Shown: positions 21,901 to 33,299 of the stretch, piece by piece | How positions within the stretch are numbered: position 1 is the stretch's first letter | Layout of the letters: every line of letters starts with the position of its first letter | NCBI GenBank assembly: GCA_905178155.1 | Contig: CAJINV010000001.1 | Location: 9,693,865 to 9,757,864 of the forward strand | Direction of reading: 5' to 3' | DNA length: 64,000 nt | Source of the DNA: Amoebophrya sp. A120 | Taxonomy: Eukaryota > Protista > Dinoflagellata | Position numbers and translations under genes: made by a program | The notes under the pieces: generated by a model | The model's database searches: none | Seen by the model: the letters and a program-made list of their open reading frames with translations, nothing else | Told to the model about the DNA's origin: nothing

Positions 21901-24900
21901 CTTCCATTGAGTTAATTCATCAAGAAAGAGAACGATCTTCTGCCTTCTGTCATACTCATGCGTCAGCGTGAACTACAATGCCAGTTATGTTTATCTTGAA
22001 CATGAACAATATGGCACTTTCTTGAACATAAACACAGAAAAGCAACAGTGAAAAAGTAGACGAAGCACTCCACACCTTGTTCAATGCAGCGTCCAGTCGT
22101 CGTTTGTGTAGCGCGTACACCCGATTGATCTCTTGCTTCGCGTTCCCTATATCTGCCCGCTGCACCGTCGAAAAGTTGCAGCACAGCTTGATCAAACGCT
22201 CACGACTCCTCGTATCCGTTTTAGCAACTACGAAACTAGCAAAATCGAGATTCTCGTCCAGCTTTTTCTGCTTTTTCGGCGCCGGTCCGTGGGCTTCCTC
22301 CTTCCCCAAGGCGCCGGTCCCGGCGGCGTCCATCTTCGACGCCGCTGCAGCGCCGACCTCGTCGTCTTCGTTCTGCTGCCCGTCGTCCTGCTCTTTGTCA
22401 ACTAAACCAACCTCCACGTAGTTCAAGTTATTCACTTCATTCAAGTACAGAACGCGCTCGTCCGGAAATTGCGTCACTGCGATGACGTGCTCCTTGGTCT
22501 CGACACCGGCCAGCAGGGACTCGGCGGAATTCTGCCGGATGAACGTTTCGACAAATTTTCGTGCCTGGCTCCAGTGCACGGTGGAGTAGTCCCAGAAGTG
22601 CGACTCTGACAAAATTTCAAATCGTCGCTGCGTGATGTTGGCATGACTTATGGCGTGACATTCCCTGCAACTTTCGTCATCAGTCGAGGCTGCAGCCACT
22701 TCGAGCTCCATGGTTGTTGAGCTCTGACAAAAGCCACACGAAACCAAGGCGGTCGCGTTGCTGGTCGTAAATCTCATCCTGGAATCCCGCCCGTCAGCAA
22801 AATTAGAAACTGAACAAGAACCAGGCGTAGAACACACGGGACACGGCAAACGCTCCACGAGCACAGGGACTCCAGCTCGCATTTTTTCTACGGGCCAGGG
22901 CTCCATCGCACCCAGCTGATAACGGTGATCAAGCACCTTCGTTTCGGCTTTGGTGTCCCACAGGTCTTTGGCGGTCCAGACGCCTGTCGTCAGCACGTTT
23001 TGGATGCGGTCCGCAAGGTCTTGGGACTCCTCTTGCAGGCCGACCAAGTCGATGCGAAAAAGCGACGCCATCCCTACAACAGCCTTCACCGTTTCAATTC
23101 GCGGGGTTCCCGTCAGACCCCACACGTATCTGGCATTGAACTGCAGCAGCGTATCAATTTGGTCTCCGTTCATGCTCTCCAACTCGTGAAACTCGTCATA
23201 GACGATTCGCTTCCAGAAAAACTCCTCCAGCAAGCAGCACTTCTTCCCTTCTGCGAGCTGCATGTCCTCTCCTCGCCGCTGCTTGCGATTCATTCGATAT
23301 GTTTCGGAGTAAAGCAGGCGGTAGGGACAGATGATGATGTCGTAGTTGTTCACGTAGGCGATTTTCGGTTGCTTCATGTCAGTTACATTCCGGACGACAA
23401 GGACGCGGAGCTTCTTCCCAGCGTCAAACTTGGCGATCTCATCGCCCCACTGCCCGACGAGCTGGCTCGGCACGAGAATAACGGTTGCGTTCGAACGAAT
23501 TAACTTGCAGCCGTCCTCTGCGATGATGTAGCGCAAGTCACTCGACGCACGACCGCCCGCCGGGCGCTTGTTCTGCGACCCAGTCATCGACGAAGATGAT
23601 GATGAGGCCGCCCCTGGCGCTGGTGCGGGGGCTTTTCCATTTTTCGCTTCATCCTTTTCACTTGCTGTTGTTCGTCCGCTGTTGCTTTCATTAGCCTGCA
23701 ACGCCTCCATGTCCTTCGAGTCCACGCCGAAGCCAAAAGCCCCAGGCTCAGCGGAAGTGTTGTCTTCGTCCAAGCTCGAGGCAATCAAACCGATCGTGGT
23801 CGCCGTTTTTCCATACCCAACTTTATCCGCCAGAATTCCACCAAACACAGGAGCGGCAACCTTGATGTTCACCTGCAGAAATGAGTCGTCGATGTCAGCG
23901 AACCGGAAGACACGCACGATGTCGGCGCTGTACGACTCCCGCAGCTGCTCGCGCCCTTGCATCCACCGCAGGCTGCGGAGCTGCTCCGGCCGCAAGGGAA
24001 ATTTTTCGTTCCAGCCGGTCGGAAGCGTGGCAGCCAAGTCGTGGTCGTTATTGGGAATCTCGAACTCGACATCAACTCCGGTGACACCGATTCTGGTCAG
24101 CTGCGCAAGTTCCTCGATTTTACGAATCTGGAAAGTGTACGAGACCTCTCGATTTGGGTACAAGAAGCGCACATCTCGGATGCTCTGCTCCAAGACACGG
24201 GCCACGTGGAGCTTCATTACGTCTTCAGTTGAACTGATTCGAATGATATGCATTGCAAATATTTTTGGGTCTGGAGATGTCATGCCAGGTTTGAAAGACA
24301 ACAAGATCTGTCTATGTGACGCATGGAGAGGGGTGGCAGTTTGTACATGCTAAATGCAAATAAATCCGCAAGAAGCTGGGGAAAACAACTTCTCATCCTA
24401 TTACGCCGTACAAGCGGCCACGACCCAGACCCTTCAGCTGCGCAGGTATAAGTGAACAGGACAAATTTCCAGACCCAGACATGTTTGCGGTTGATAAATG
24501 AAGTCGTAAAACCAATTGTGGCGGGGAATCTTCGGGATTCCGTACGACAGCTTGACCGGTTTGTGAAATCGATTGAGGTGATCGCGCCATGGCTCTTTAT
24601 CGACTTCATTCAGGACCTCGAAGGACAGAAAGTTTTTCTGCTTGTCCTTCCAGGCGGTACCGAGAGCAACTGTGTAGGGCTTATGGCAGTTATACCGCAC
24701 TCGCAGCCCGACTAGGTGCGGGCAAAGGACATGCGCCATTGTGTTTACGTCACAAGCAAAATACCGGCCAAACTCAAGCTTTTTGCTAACGTAGCGCTTA
24801 AAGAGAGTGGAGCAGCCGTATTGTAACGGCTTCGGCGGCCCTCCGAGGAACCGCGTTGACGCGAGCGTGTTGCGGAAACCAGCCTTGATGTTTTTCCCTT

Positions 24901-26539
24901 GAAAGACACCGCCTTGTCGGTCCCACGTCACCGAGAACCCCAGAGTTGATTCGTCACCACTGTCCGCGCCGTGAAGTTGTAAATCGCCGCTCGCGTTAGC
25001 TTCGGGACGTGGCATCGCAGACATCAGAAGCGGTCTTTTGCTGGGTGCCGCTCCGACAGATGATTGACTAGAGGTCCCTGCGAGGGCCGCCGCTAGGCTG
25101 ATGATCGGATCTTGAAAAAGTTGAGGCAGTGTGACATGACCCCGCGAAGAGCAGACGGGCCTTGTCGCCGCAAAACCTTGCCGAATCAGCAGCGGTGTCG
25201 ACGAGAAGTCGAGGAGTTGTAGTGAACCTATGTCCGCGGAAGCAAATCCATTCCGCTCGAACAGATAGCGCCCGGAATAAAAGGGAGTCGATAGCGACCG
25301 AACCAGCATCGCGCGAGAAACCATTCCGCGATGCAGTGTGAGAAATGCTGCGAGTCTTTCTCGCTCTGCTTCGTTCAGCCCGCAGACGCGAACTAGTGTC
25401 GGATTGGCGAGCGTTGGCGCCCTGCCAATCACAAGCGGTTCGTCTACCTGACGACCTTCGTATGGCGCCCCTCCGTCGGTGTTCCATTGGATCGCGCGCG
25501 TCGACATCGTCTCGTCGGGGTCAAGTGGGCGGACTTTGTTAAACGCTGTGTCGTCGTCGCTGGCATAGTCGTCTTGAAAGTATCGCTTGTTCTGCTCATC
25601 CGCACTATTCCGTTTTCCGTATCCCTTCATCCCGACTTTCTCGAACGCTTCCTGGTAGGAAAGGTCGGCCAACTGATCTATACCCTGTTGTCCATGCCGA
25701 TCAGAATTTTTAAGAAACAGATCGCTAAACTTTAATAACGCACTGCTACTGTTGTTCATTGCGAAGGGATTACTCGCCTTTTTCATCATGTCTTCCTGCA
25801 GAATACCGCTGACCGGCATTGTCGACCCCTTCACTTCTACCAGCTGCTTTTCTTGCTTCACCGCGGCATCAGACACCACTCCACCAAACAGTGGTACCTG
25901 AGGATTCGGATTCGGTCTGTCCACATTACGATTTGAACCGGACGACGAGCTTGCACCAGACGATGACGATGCTGAAGCGCCAGGTGGTGGAACAACACGT
26001 GGATGAGCGCCCAGATCTGGAAAAGAACCGTCACCAACATTTTCTGCAGCTTCGGGCTGCTGCAATTGAATATTGCCTTTGGGGTAAGCAGAACTCTTTG
26101 GATGAACGGGCAAACTTTTTGGCACGGGTTGGGCCTGGATTACCGCTGGTGGAGGCCGCTGCACTATTGGATCTCGCTTCGGGGCCTGCTGCTGGTCGTT
26201 GTTGGCCGCCACCGCGTTGGCCGCGTGGGCCGGTGCCGCCGCGACATGATTGGCCGCCACCGCATTGGCGTTGTTTCGGTCAATTTGGCCCCGGTCGCGG
26301 TCAGCATTCCCGGGCGGCGCGTTGGCAATATTCTGAGCGTTGTGGTTGTTATTGTTGTTCACCGGATTGGCATTATGTTGCGCCCGAAGCGCAGCAACCA
26401 GGGGATTATCTGCCCGCGCCAAGCCTGGATCGTCCAAACATGCGTTCACTAGAAGATTATCGTCTCCGCCATAGTATCTCAGAAGCAGCTGCGCGACCTC
26501 GTCGGAGCAACCAGTGGCTGCTGTCACAATGTCGACCAT
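18910..26539 (-). CDS. SNF2-family ATPase with RING finger (Rad5/Rad16-like architecture, DNMT5-type ATPase), paralogue B, multi-exon
   Basis: LRPEQLRSLRWM, GGILADKVGYGKT, DEFH, WGLTGTP, FIRQN, RING, ETQAIGRARRYGQ. GT-AG introns 21887-22075, 20570-20861, 19933-20114 and probably 19159-19279 all restore the frame; introner at 24247-24496. Confidence 0.9.
24247..24496. mobile_element. Introner element (non-canonical intron), 250 bp, imperfect ~28-bp TIR, TSD AATGA
   Basis: AATGA at 24242-24246 and 24497-24501. Ends are TATGCATTGCAAATATTTTTGGGTCTGG and revcomp TATCAACCGCAAACATGTCTGGGTCTGG. Removal with one TSD gives WFYDF|IRISSTE and removes the in-frame stop. Confidence 0.9.
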
Positions 26540-27091
26540 CTTCCCGTGCTGCGCGTCCTGGTCCTTGATGGAAGCGAAGTGGAGTATGAACTTAAAAAAA
26601 TCCGTTGACTCCGACCACGAAGAAAAAACATACTACTGTATTTTTTTGGACGAAGATGCAGGTCCACGGCGATAGCGCCACCTTTCCTTCTAACGAAGAC
26701 GATTCGACGAATGAGTGCGAGCGGCAACATCACCTCTCGTCGTACTACGAGTTCAGCGCGATCCGAAGCGTAGAATAAACAACGATAAGATAATTTACGA
26801 TGCTAAAATCGACCTGACCGACGTGACGACGAAGTCGAGACGAAAGAGTTCGAGGTGTACATGACCATGACGATGACCCGTGGTATTCATTGCTATAAAA
26901 ACGCAAGCTCCTTACTCACGAAAACTCACGAAATCCTCCTCACTCGAGCACTATCGACGACAAATGAAGATGGCGAAGCAAGACGACCACGCAAGTCTCA
27001 CGACGAAGTGCTACTTGACACAGCTACAGCTCGAACAGGGGTAGTTGATGAATTTTTCACCCTTTTTGGTGGATCTGCACATTAATTATCG

Positions 27092-30000
27092 TCATGTTGA
27101 TGTTGCGAGCAATGATTTAGCATTTGGTGACGCGGGGGCAACACCCTTGGCTTGCAACATTGACATGGATGGATCAAAAAATGTCTGGTGCAGTGCTTCT
27201 GTATGGCGAGAAACGAGATCCTGCCAATGACCAAAATTTGCTCTGGCAGCGATGTAAATAGCGGACTCTTCGCGCATTTGCACGGAGCACGTAGCAAAGA
27301 CAGAGCGTACGGCTGGTAAGACAATATGCTCCATCAAAGCGGACATTTCTGCGGCGTACAGTGCCCAGCATGCACGCAAACTCTCAAACCCTTCAATCGT
27401 TTTTGGTCCGACGGGTCCAGTGCCCTCGTGGAGTTCAAGAGGGTCGGGGACAGGTCTACCTTTCGATGCCGAAGCGGAAGTTGGAGACGCGTTTTTCGAG
27501 GATGAAGGACTGCTACTCTTTGTACCACCAGCGGCGACCATTTCTTTCGAATTCGATTCACTCCTCGTCGATGCCTGATAATTGCTACCATCCTGCTGCG
27601 ACAGTATGCCGCCGAGGTGGGGTGGCGTGATGGCACGGAGTCCGGTTTCCATCACCGCCCGTGGGATCACAGCGGCAGACTCGGAAGAGAAAACGCCGGG
27701 CGTGCTTCCCTGCAGATTCGACATCAGACCACTGGCGACCGACGCTACCGAAGTTGACGACCGGTGATAGGCGTCAGCAACTATCGCAGAGCTGGAGTCC
27801 AGCATCCCGCGAATCGCCAGGCTGTCGTAGTGCTCGAGAAAAAAATCCCTCGCCTTTGCCTCGTGCGCCAGAAATCGTTGGTGGAACACCCAGGAGTAGC
27901 GAGAAACTCGCAACACGTGCTTCACGTGAACCACGAATGAATACTCCGTGGAGGAGTCGACGTTGACGTGATCTGAAAAAAAGGATTTCCGGGATGCAAG
28001 CGCGTCCTGACGAAGGTCGTCCACGAGCAAGCACATACTCCAGGCATCACCCGGACTGAGAAAGTTTTTCGAAAAACTGGAGGACGACGCAGCAGGGGAG
28101 GGGGCTGGCGCAGGTACCTGCAGCTGGGCCTGAGCGGCGCTTCCTCTGTGTGGTGATGGTGGAGCGGTCGGGTGCGTGCCTTTTTCCTGCATGAAGGTAC
28201 TACCTTGAATCAACGCGAAAGTGGAAGCGAATGGACTGCCGCTGTCGGTAGAAGACACTGACGCGCTGCCGTTTTCTATCGCGACTGCAAGTAAAACTGC
28301 CATGCGGAACAGGTCGGAAAGCCTAGCCCAGAGATCCGCTTCGTACAACAAGCAGAGGGTGCTGCAGACAGCGCTGCGAACCTGGAAAGAGCTCGGTGAC
28401 GCGTTGTCCTGGCCGGAAGTTCCCCTGCTAGCAGGCGTGGATGGTAACGGAGGCTGATCCGGCGCTTTTTCCGACGCATCAGTACCAGAGGGCCTCCCGG
28501 TACTGAGGATGTGCAAAAATTCCACCGGCACCCACTCCGCTCGGTCTAGACATGCGGTCACCAGCCGTGCTCCGAACGAAGTTGTGACCTGGTCAGGCGG
28601 CTCCAGTGTCGCCTGCGACAAGTAGTTCCCCGGCGCTGGCGGTTCTAGAAGCGCCATCAAAACATACCTGGCCAGAAATGCAGCGCCGTCCTTCTGCCAC
28701 CTGTCGCCCCGATGCAGTGGCGATAGCGAAGAACTGGAGCGTGCACCCTGCTGCGACGGCGATGCCGCCCACCACTGCGCGATTGGGGAGGTAGATCCGG
28801 ACCCAGAGTCACCTGGGGGCTTGTGAAGCGCCAAAAGCCTCTCGGCCTCTGCGAAACGTTTTCGCAATAGTGACGACTCCGTGGCGTACAGAAATTCACT
28901 CGGAATGCGCGAAACCGGATCCGGATCGAACAATCGGCACAGAAGCAGAGGACGGGCTACTCGGCGCGGCGGCAAGTCTGTCAGTGGTGCACCAGTGGCG
29001 CTCTCTGTAGTTGTAATCGTGAGTCTGTTGCTCGCGTTATCGACGCCTGTAGATGTCGTTCTCTCATTTGCTGTTTGCGAGGGAGTTGTACTAGTGTTCT
29101 GCGCAACCTCGGCAAGGAACGGCGGGCACCAGGGCTGCATCGTCGGTGGTGTTAGCACAAGGTCCGCGCTGTTGTAGTCGACCTGGACCAATGATCCCTG
29201 CGCTCTATTTATGCTCTCTATGATTTCGCGCAATCTGGTCAAGCATGTGCTGAGTAGGCGCTGCCACATGGGATTCTGGTGCAGAACTTGCAAAATGGTT
29301 AGCAGGTCCTTCAGCTGCCCCGCGACTTCTTCTAGCGGAACCGTCCAGAGCGGTACCTTCCTCGTGACGCGCACATCCGCCAATGAGTTCGACACTTGTC
29401 GTGACGCAAAAACACCCCGTTTCTTTTCCGCCGTTAAGCGCTGCAACCGCTGCACGACCTCCTTCGTGACCCTCTGCTCTGCGAAGCGCCTCCGCTGGTG
29501 TAAATCCTTTAACGTTAGCCCGCCGAGTAACGTCAACCCGACGAAGAGGAGCTGCGCAGCCTGGTAGACAACCGAAGACCACACTTCGCTCTTTGTTTGG
29601 TTCTTGTACGAGTCCGCTGCCAGGCCGTTGACCAACACGTAGCAGGGCGAAAGGAAAAAAACCAACAGCCCGAAAACCGGCGGCGAAATGGGGATGTAGA
29701 ACGCCAGGCAGATCATCGCGATGGCTTGAACGCCAATAGAGCCGGTCGCGCGTTCGATCGGCACGTCCCAACTGTCTTCACTGAACCAGTACTGCAGCGC
29801 TTCGTAGCTGATCCCGATGTGGAAGAGGAAAAGAAAGCTGCCGAAAAAGAAAACCACGTCGCCGTACCTCTCGCCGGTAACCTCCTGCGGAAGCAAAACG
29901 CATTCGACAAACAGCGTGAAGCCGGTGCACAGTGCGACAAAAACAAGGATGTAGAACAGCGAGATAGACGAAGGTAGGTCGTGCAGCATCGCGGCGGCGG

Positions 30001-32629
30001 TGACGGTTGCGCCGTAGGCGAGCCAGAGGAGCACGATGAACACCGCGTGGTGCTTGCGCAAGGTGCGAAAGTGAAATGCCTGGTAGTCCGACTCGATTTC
30101 GGGTGCGAAGCGCACGAAAATCTGGATCCCCCGCTGAAATCTCTCGCCGACCGTGCGCTTGGAAGCCTGCATCAATTTCTCATCGCGGCTAGCACTGCGC
30201 ATGGTGAAGAGGCCTTCAATTTTGGCTGTCGAAAAGTGCTGGTCGGATTGCGGCGCGGCGTCTCGGTCGCCTGCTGTCCCTGTGCCTGAGCTCACCGCGA
30301 TGGCATCAAGTAGTGCTTTTTGTCTCAAAACTTCCGGCTTCGGTGTACTGTCGATGAAAAGAAATCTGAGCCAGCTGCGGTTCGACCACCGCTGCAGCAA
30401 ACGCGCAGGCAAGCCGCGCCGGAGTTGTTGGGATTCTTTCACCAGATCCTCAGCGGACGACTTCTCTTTGCTCCTCTCCCGCTTTACTTTCACAAGAGAT
30501 AAAGACTCTTCGTTGCCCATGTCTATGTCAAGCAGCATGGAACCACTTTTACTGGCCTTGAACTTTGATGCACTGGAACGGTTTCTAGTACCGGGTTCTT
30601 CCAGCGTGTCGTCCGCTTCTGTGGTGCCGCGTACTTCCGCGGACAGGGATTCCTGATCGTCCTCCTGCTGGCTCTCGCTCGAGATCAACTCTGGCTCGCC
30701 TTCAATAGTCTCTCCTCCCGCTTCGCCCTCGGCCGAGAGAGCTTTGCGGTCCGCGGACTTGGAGGAAGACGACCAGGGAAGCTTCAACTCGGGCGAAAAG
30801 CCAACGCCGCGGCGCACTGGAATAAGCTGCGAGCTCGATTTTCGAAGCGATTCCATGCTCGCGGAAAGAAACGAACCTCGTCGGCTCCCCGCAGACGAGC
30901 CAAAACCGCGCTTCGTGCTGCCTCTGCGAGAGAGGTAGCGGCTTCGCAGGGCGTCGGAAAAAAGCTCTTCCGACTGAAGAAACTTCCACCGCAGCAAGTC
31001 TTCTGCACGCGGGCGCTTCTGCGCTTCCTTTTGCAAGCACGCGCTAATCAGTTTTTTGCACTCGTCGGAAAGACCGACGCCGCGGGCCGCTGGGGAGAGC
31101 CCGCTCACGTCCGTTTGACTCTCATCGCTTGAGGGGTTGTTCTTGGAACCATCCTCCTGTAGCTCTTGTTGCGTGGCCGAAGAGTCACCGCCACCTAAAA
31201 CGAGCGACAAAACCCGGGCGGCGCTGCTGCGATTTTTGAGGACAGGCGGTTCCGCTTTCTCGTCTGTATCATTCTCTGTGGCCGAGCCTGGTGCTGAGGC
31301 CACCACATCATTGACAGATTCCGCAGGGCCATCCGCTCTCGTCGCACCCGCGTCGCCCATTTCCACATCAGTGCTTTCAATCATAATTTTCTTCTGCTTC
31401 CTCTGATTACTTTCAGCAACGTCCCCGTCGAGCACAACCGGTTGATGCTGGGAAACAATGACTTCGCGCTCCGCCACGGCGTCGATCGCGGAAAACACGT
31501 CCTCAATCTTCCACGGTAGCAGGCAGAACTTCGCGTACGCAAACATGGGATTGTCGATTTTCAGCAACTTCCACAAGTTTTGTGCGGTAAGCATTTCGAC
31601 CATGCAGCACCCCAGACTCCAGATATCGCTTGCAAACGATGCCCCGCCTTCAGCAAGCTGCTCGGGCGCCCAGATAATCGGCGTGCCGACCATGCGGTGC
31701 AGTTGCTCTTGTGGGCTGGGGCCGCTCGGATTGCCTGCAACCTCTCCACTAAGTTTGTTTGACGCCTGCTGTTCCTGCAGCTGCCAACGGGGAATGGATT
31801 TGATGCTGGCACCGAAGTCCGCGATTTTCACCGAACCGTCGTGATCTAAGAGGATGTTTCCGGTTTTCAGATCGCAGTGTACCACTTGATGCAGATGCAA
31901 GTAGCTCACGCCCTCCAAAATTTGTCGCGTGTAACTCCGGAACACCGACTCCTTAATCGGTCCAAACTCATCCAGTTGAGATTTCAGAGACCCGCCCGAA
32001 ACGTACTCCATGTAAATCTGCAGCGATTTCTTTCCCATGGAGGCGCCGAGGTACGCAACGATGCGGTGGTGCGCAAGGGATTTCAGAAGTGTCAGCTCGT
32101 CGAAAAGTTTGGTCGTCAGCGCTTCCATGGTGCTGTCAAAGGAGCTTTGCTTTTTCACTTCGTCAGCGCCAGTCTCTGTTGGCGCAGCAACATTGCTGCT
32201 TTCAACGACTTCCACGCTCAGAACAATATCTTCAGCGGGATCAAGAGCTTCGCTCGTCTTGTCTGGCGCGGGAATAGAGGCTGCTATGGAAGCAACATGG
32301 GTCGCCTCGAAGTCGTTAGTGGCGCTCTCAGAAGCAATTGCGAGCGGACCGGATTGTTCCTGCAAAATCTCTCCAAGCCTGCTGCTTTTCAAGGTCGTTG
32401 AGGCTGGTGGAGTTGTAGAGGACTGTTGTGCAGGCGCGGGTTTCTGCGGAAGAACGATTTCTTTCACTGCAATCAACTTTCCCGAGGATCCATCGCGCCC
32501 AACGTAGACAACCCCAAAGGATCCATGACCGATCTCCTTTCCAAGCTTCACATCATACGGGTTCACGTCTGCGTTGCCGCTCAGCGCGCGGACCAATTGC
32601 GGCTGGAGACGGGGAGCTTTTTCTAACAT
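27092..32629 (-). CDS. STE11/MAP3K-like Ser/Thr kinase fused to a multi-pass TM region and a degenerate cyclic-nucleotide phosphodiesterase-like domain
   Basis: GHGSFG, AVK, MEYVSGGSL, HCDLKTGN, DFG, WAPE, SDIWSLGC. About 6 hydrophobic helices at ~29500-30050. PDE-like motif order in the C-terminal third (less certain). Confidence 0.88.
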   Translation of the reverse strand: MLEKAPRLQPQLVRALSGNADVNPYDVKLGKEIGHGSFGVVYVGRDGSSGKLIAVKEIVLPQKPAPAQQSSTTPPASTTLKSSRLGEILQEQSGPLAIASESATNDFEATHVASIAASIPAPDKTSEALDPAEDIVLSVEVVESSNVAAPTETGADEVKKQSSFDSTMEALTTKLFDELTLLKSLAHHRIVAYLGASMGKKSLQIYMEYVSGGSLKSQLDEFGPIKESVFRSYTRQILEGVSYLHLHQVVHCDLKTGNILLDHDGSVKIADFGASIKSIPRWQLQEQQASNKLSGEVAGNPSGPSPQEQLHRMVGTPIIWAPEQLAEGGASFASDIWSLGCCMVEMLTAQNLWKLLKIDNPMFAYAKFCLLPWKIEDVFSAIDAVAEREVIVSQHQPVVLDGDVAESNQRKQKKIMIESTDVEMGDAGATRADGPAESVNDVVASAPGSATENDTDEKAEPPVLKNRSSAARVLSLVLGGGDSSATQQELQEDGSKNNPSSDESQTDVSGLSPAARGVGLSDECKKLISACLQKEAQKRPRAEDLLRWKFLQSEELFSDALRSRYLSRRGSTKRGFGSSAGSRRGSFLSASMESLRKSSSQLIPVRRGVGFSPELKLPWSSSSKSADRKALSAEGEAGGETIEGEPELISSESQQEDDQESLSAEVRGTTEADDTLEEPGTRNRSSASKFKASKSGSMLLDIDMGNEESLSLVKVKRERSKEKSSAEDLVKESQQLRRGLPARLLQRWSNRSWLRFLFIDSTPKPEVLRQKALLDAIAVSSGTGTAGDRDAAPQSDQHFSTAKIEGLFTMRSASRDEKLMQASKRTVGERFQRGIQIFVRFAPEIESDYQAFHFRTLRKHHAVFIVLLWLAYGATVTAAAMLHDLPSSISLFYILVFVALCTGFTLFVECVLLPQEVTGERYGDVVFFFGSFLFLFHIGISYEALQYWFSEDSWDVPIERATGSIGVQAIAMICLAFYIPISPPVFGLLVFFLSPCYVLVNGLAADSYKNQTKSEVWSSVVYQAAQLLFVGLTLLGGLTLKDLHQRRRFAEQRVTKEVVQRLQRLTAEKKRGVFASRQVSNSLADVRVTRKVPLWTVPLEEVAGQLKDLLTILQVLHQNPMWQRLLSTCLTRLREIIESINRAQGSLVQVDYNSADLVLTPPTMQPWCPPFLAEVAQNTSTTPSQTANERTTSTGVDNASNRLTITTTESATGAPLTDLPPRRVARPLLLCRLFDPDPVSRIPSEFLYATESSLLRKRFAEAERLLALHKPPGDSGSGSTSPIAQWWAASPSQQGARSSSSLSPLHRGDRWQKDGAAFLARYVLMALLEPPAPGNYLSQATLEPPDQVTTSFGARLVTACLDRAEWVPVEFLHILSTGRPSGTDASEKAPDQPPLPSTPASRGTSGQDNASPSSFQVRSAVCSTLCLLYEADLWARLSDLFRMAVLLAVAIENGSASVSSTDSGSPFASTFALIQGSTFMQEKGTHPTAPPSPHRGSAAQAQLQVPAPAPSPAASSSSFSKNFLSPGDAWSMCLLVDDLRQDALASRKSFFSDHVNVDSSTEYSFVVHVKHVLRVSRYSWVFHQRFLAHEAKARDFFLEHYDSLAIRGMLDSSSAIVADAYHRSSTSVASVASGLMSNLQGSTPGVFSSESAAVIPRAVMETGLRAITPPHLGGILSQQDGSNYQASTRSESNSKEMVAAGGTKSSSPSSSKNASPTSASASKGRPVPDPLELHEGTGPVGPKTIEGFESLRACWALYAAEMSALMEHIVLPAVRSVFATCSVQMREESAIYIAARANFGHWQDLVSRHTEALHQTFFDPSMSMLQAKGVAPASPNAKSLLATST

Positions 32630-33299
32630 CGTGGTTGCTGAGCGGATGTGATACCTAGATCAGCACGACGCTGACAGCGGTTGCAGCAATGGCAACGCAA
32701 ACTACAGAGCGAATCGCTAGAAAGTACCGAACAGGACGCAAGTAAGTAGCAGTATGGCTCTATCTACCTATCGGCTCCGCCGTCGGCTCTGCGGCCGGTC
32801 GTAAGGCGACGGCCGCAAAGCCGACGCCTGCATGGTGTGCAGTGTGTCAACATTCAGACTGTCTATACTTCATCACTGATCAGAATCGTGCCACGACCAT
32901 CAAGCCAGCCGGCTCATTTCCTGTGACCGTTGGCTCGACTTCCATATGCTAGTTCCAGATGGTTCCATTTGTGGACAATTAACCGCCAGAAACTGATATC
33001 ACAATGATGCAAATAGAAGCCAAAGCTACCAGTACCAAATGCGACGATGTGTGATGTTAAGCTAAAACAGCCATAAGCTGCCACTGCCTCCATGTCTACA
33101 GGAGCAGCCAACTGAGCGACTGCGTAAAGCATTGAAGGTAGTGAACACGCAAAGAATAAGAAGCCCAAACGCATATGCATCGTCAATCTACGCGAGCTCC
33201 AGTGTTGTCCTGATGCGGATGGATTGATAGCCATAGCTGGACGGCCGGATAATTGTCCCTCGAACAACAACACATAACAAGACTAAGAAATTGGAAAAA

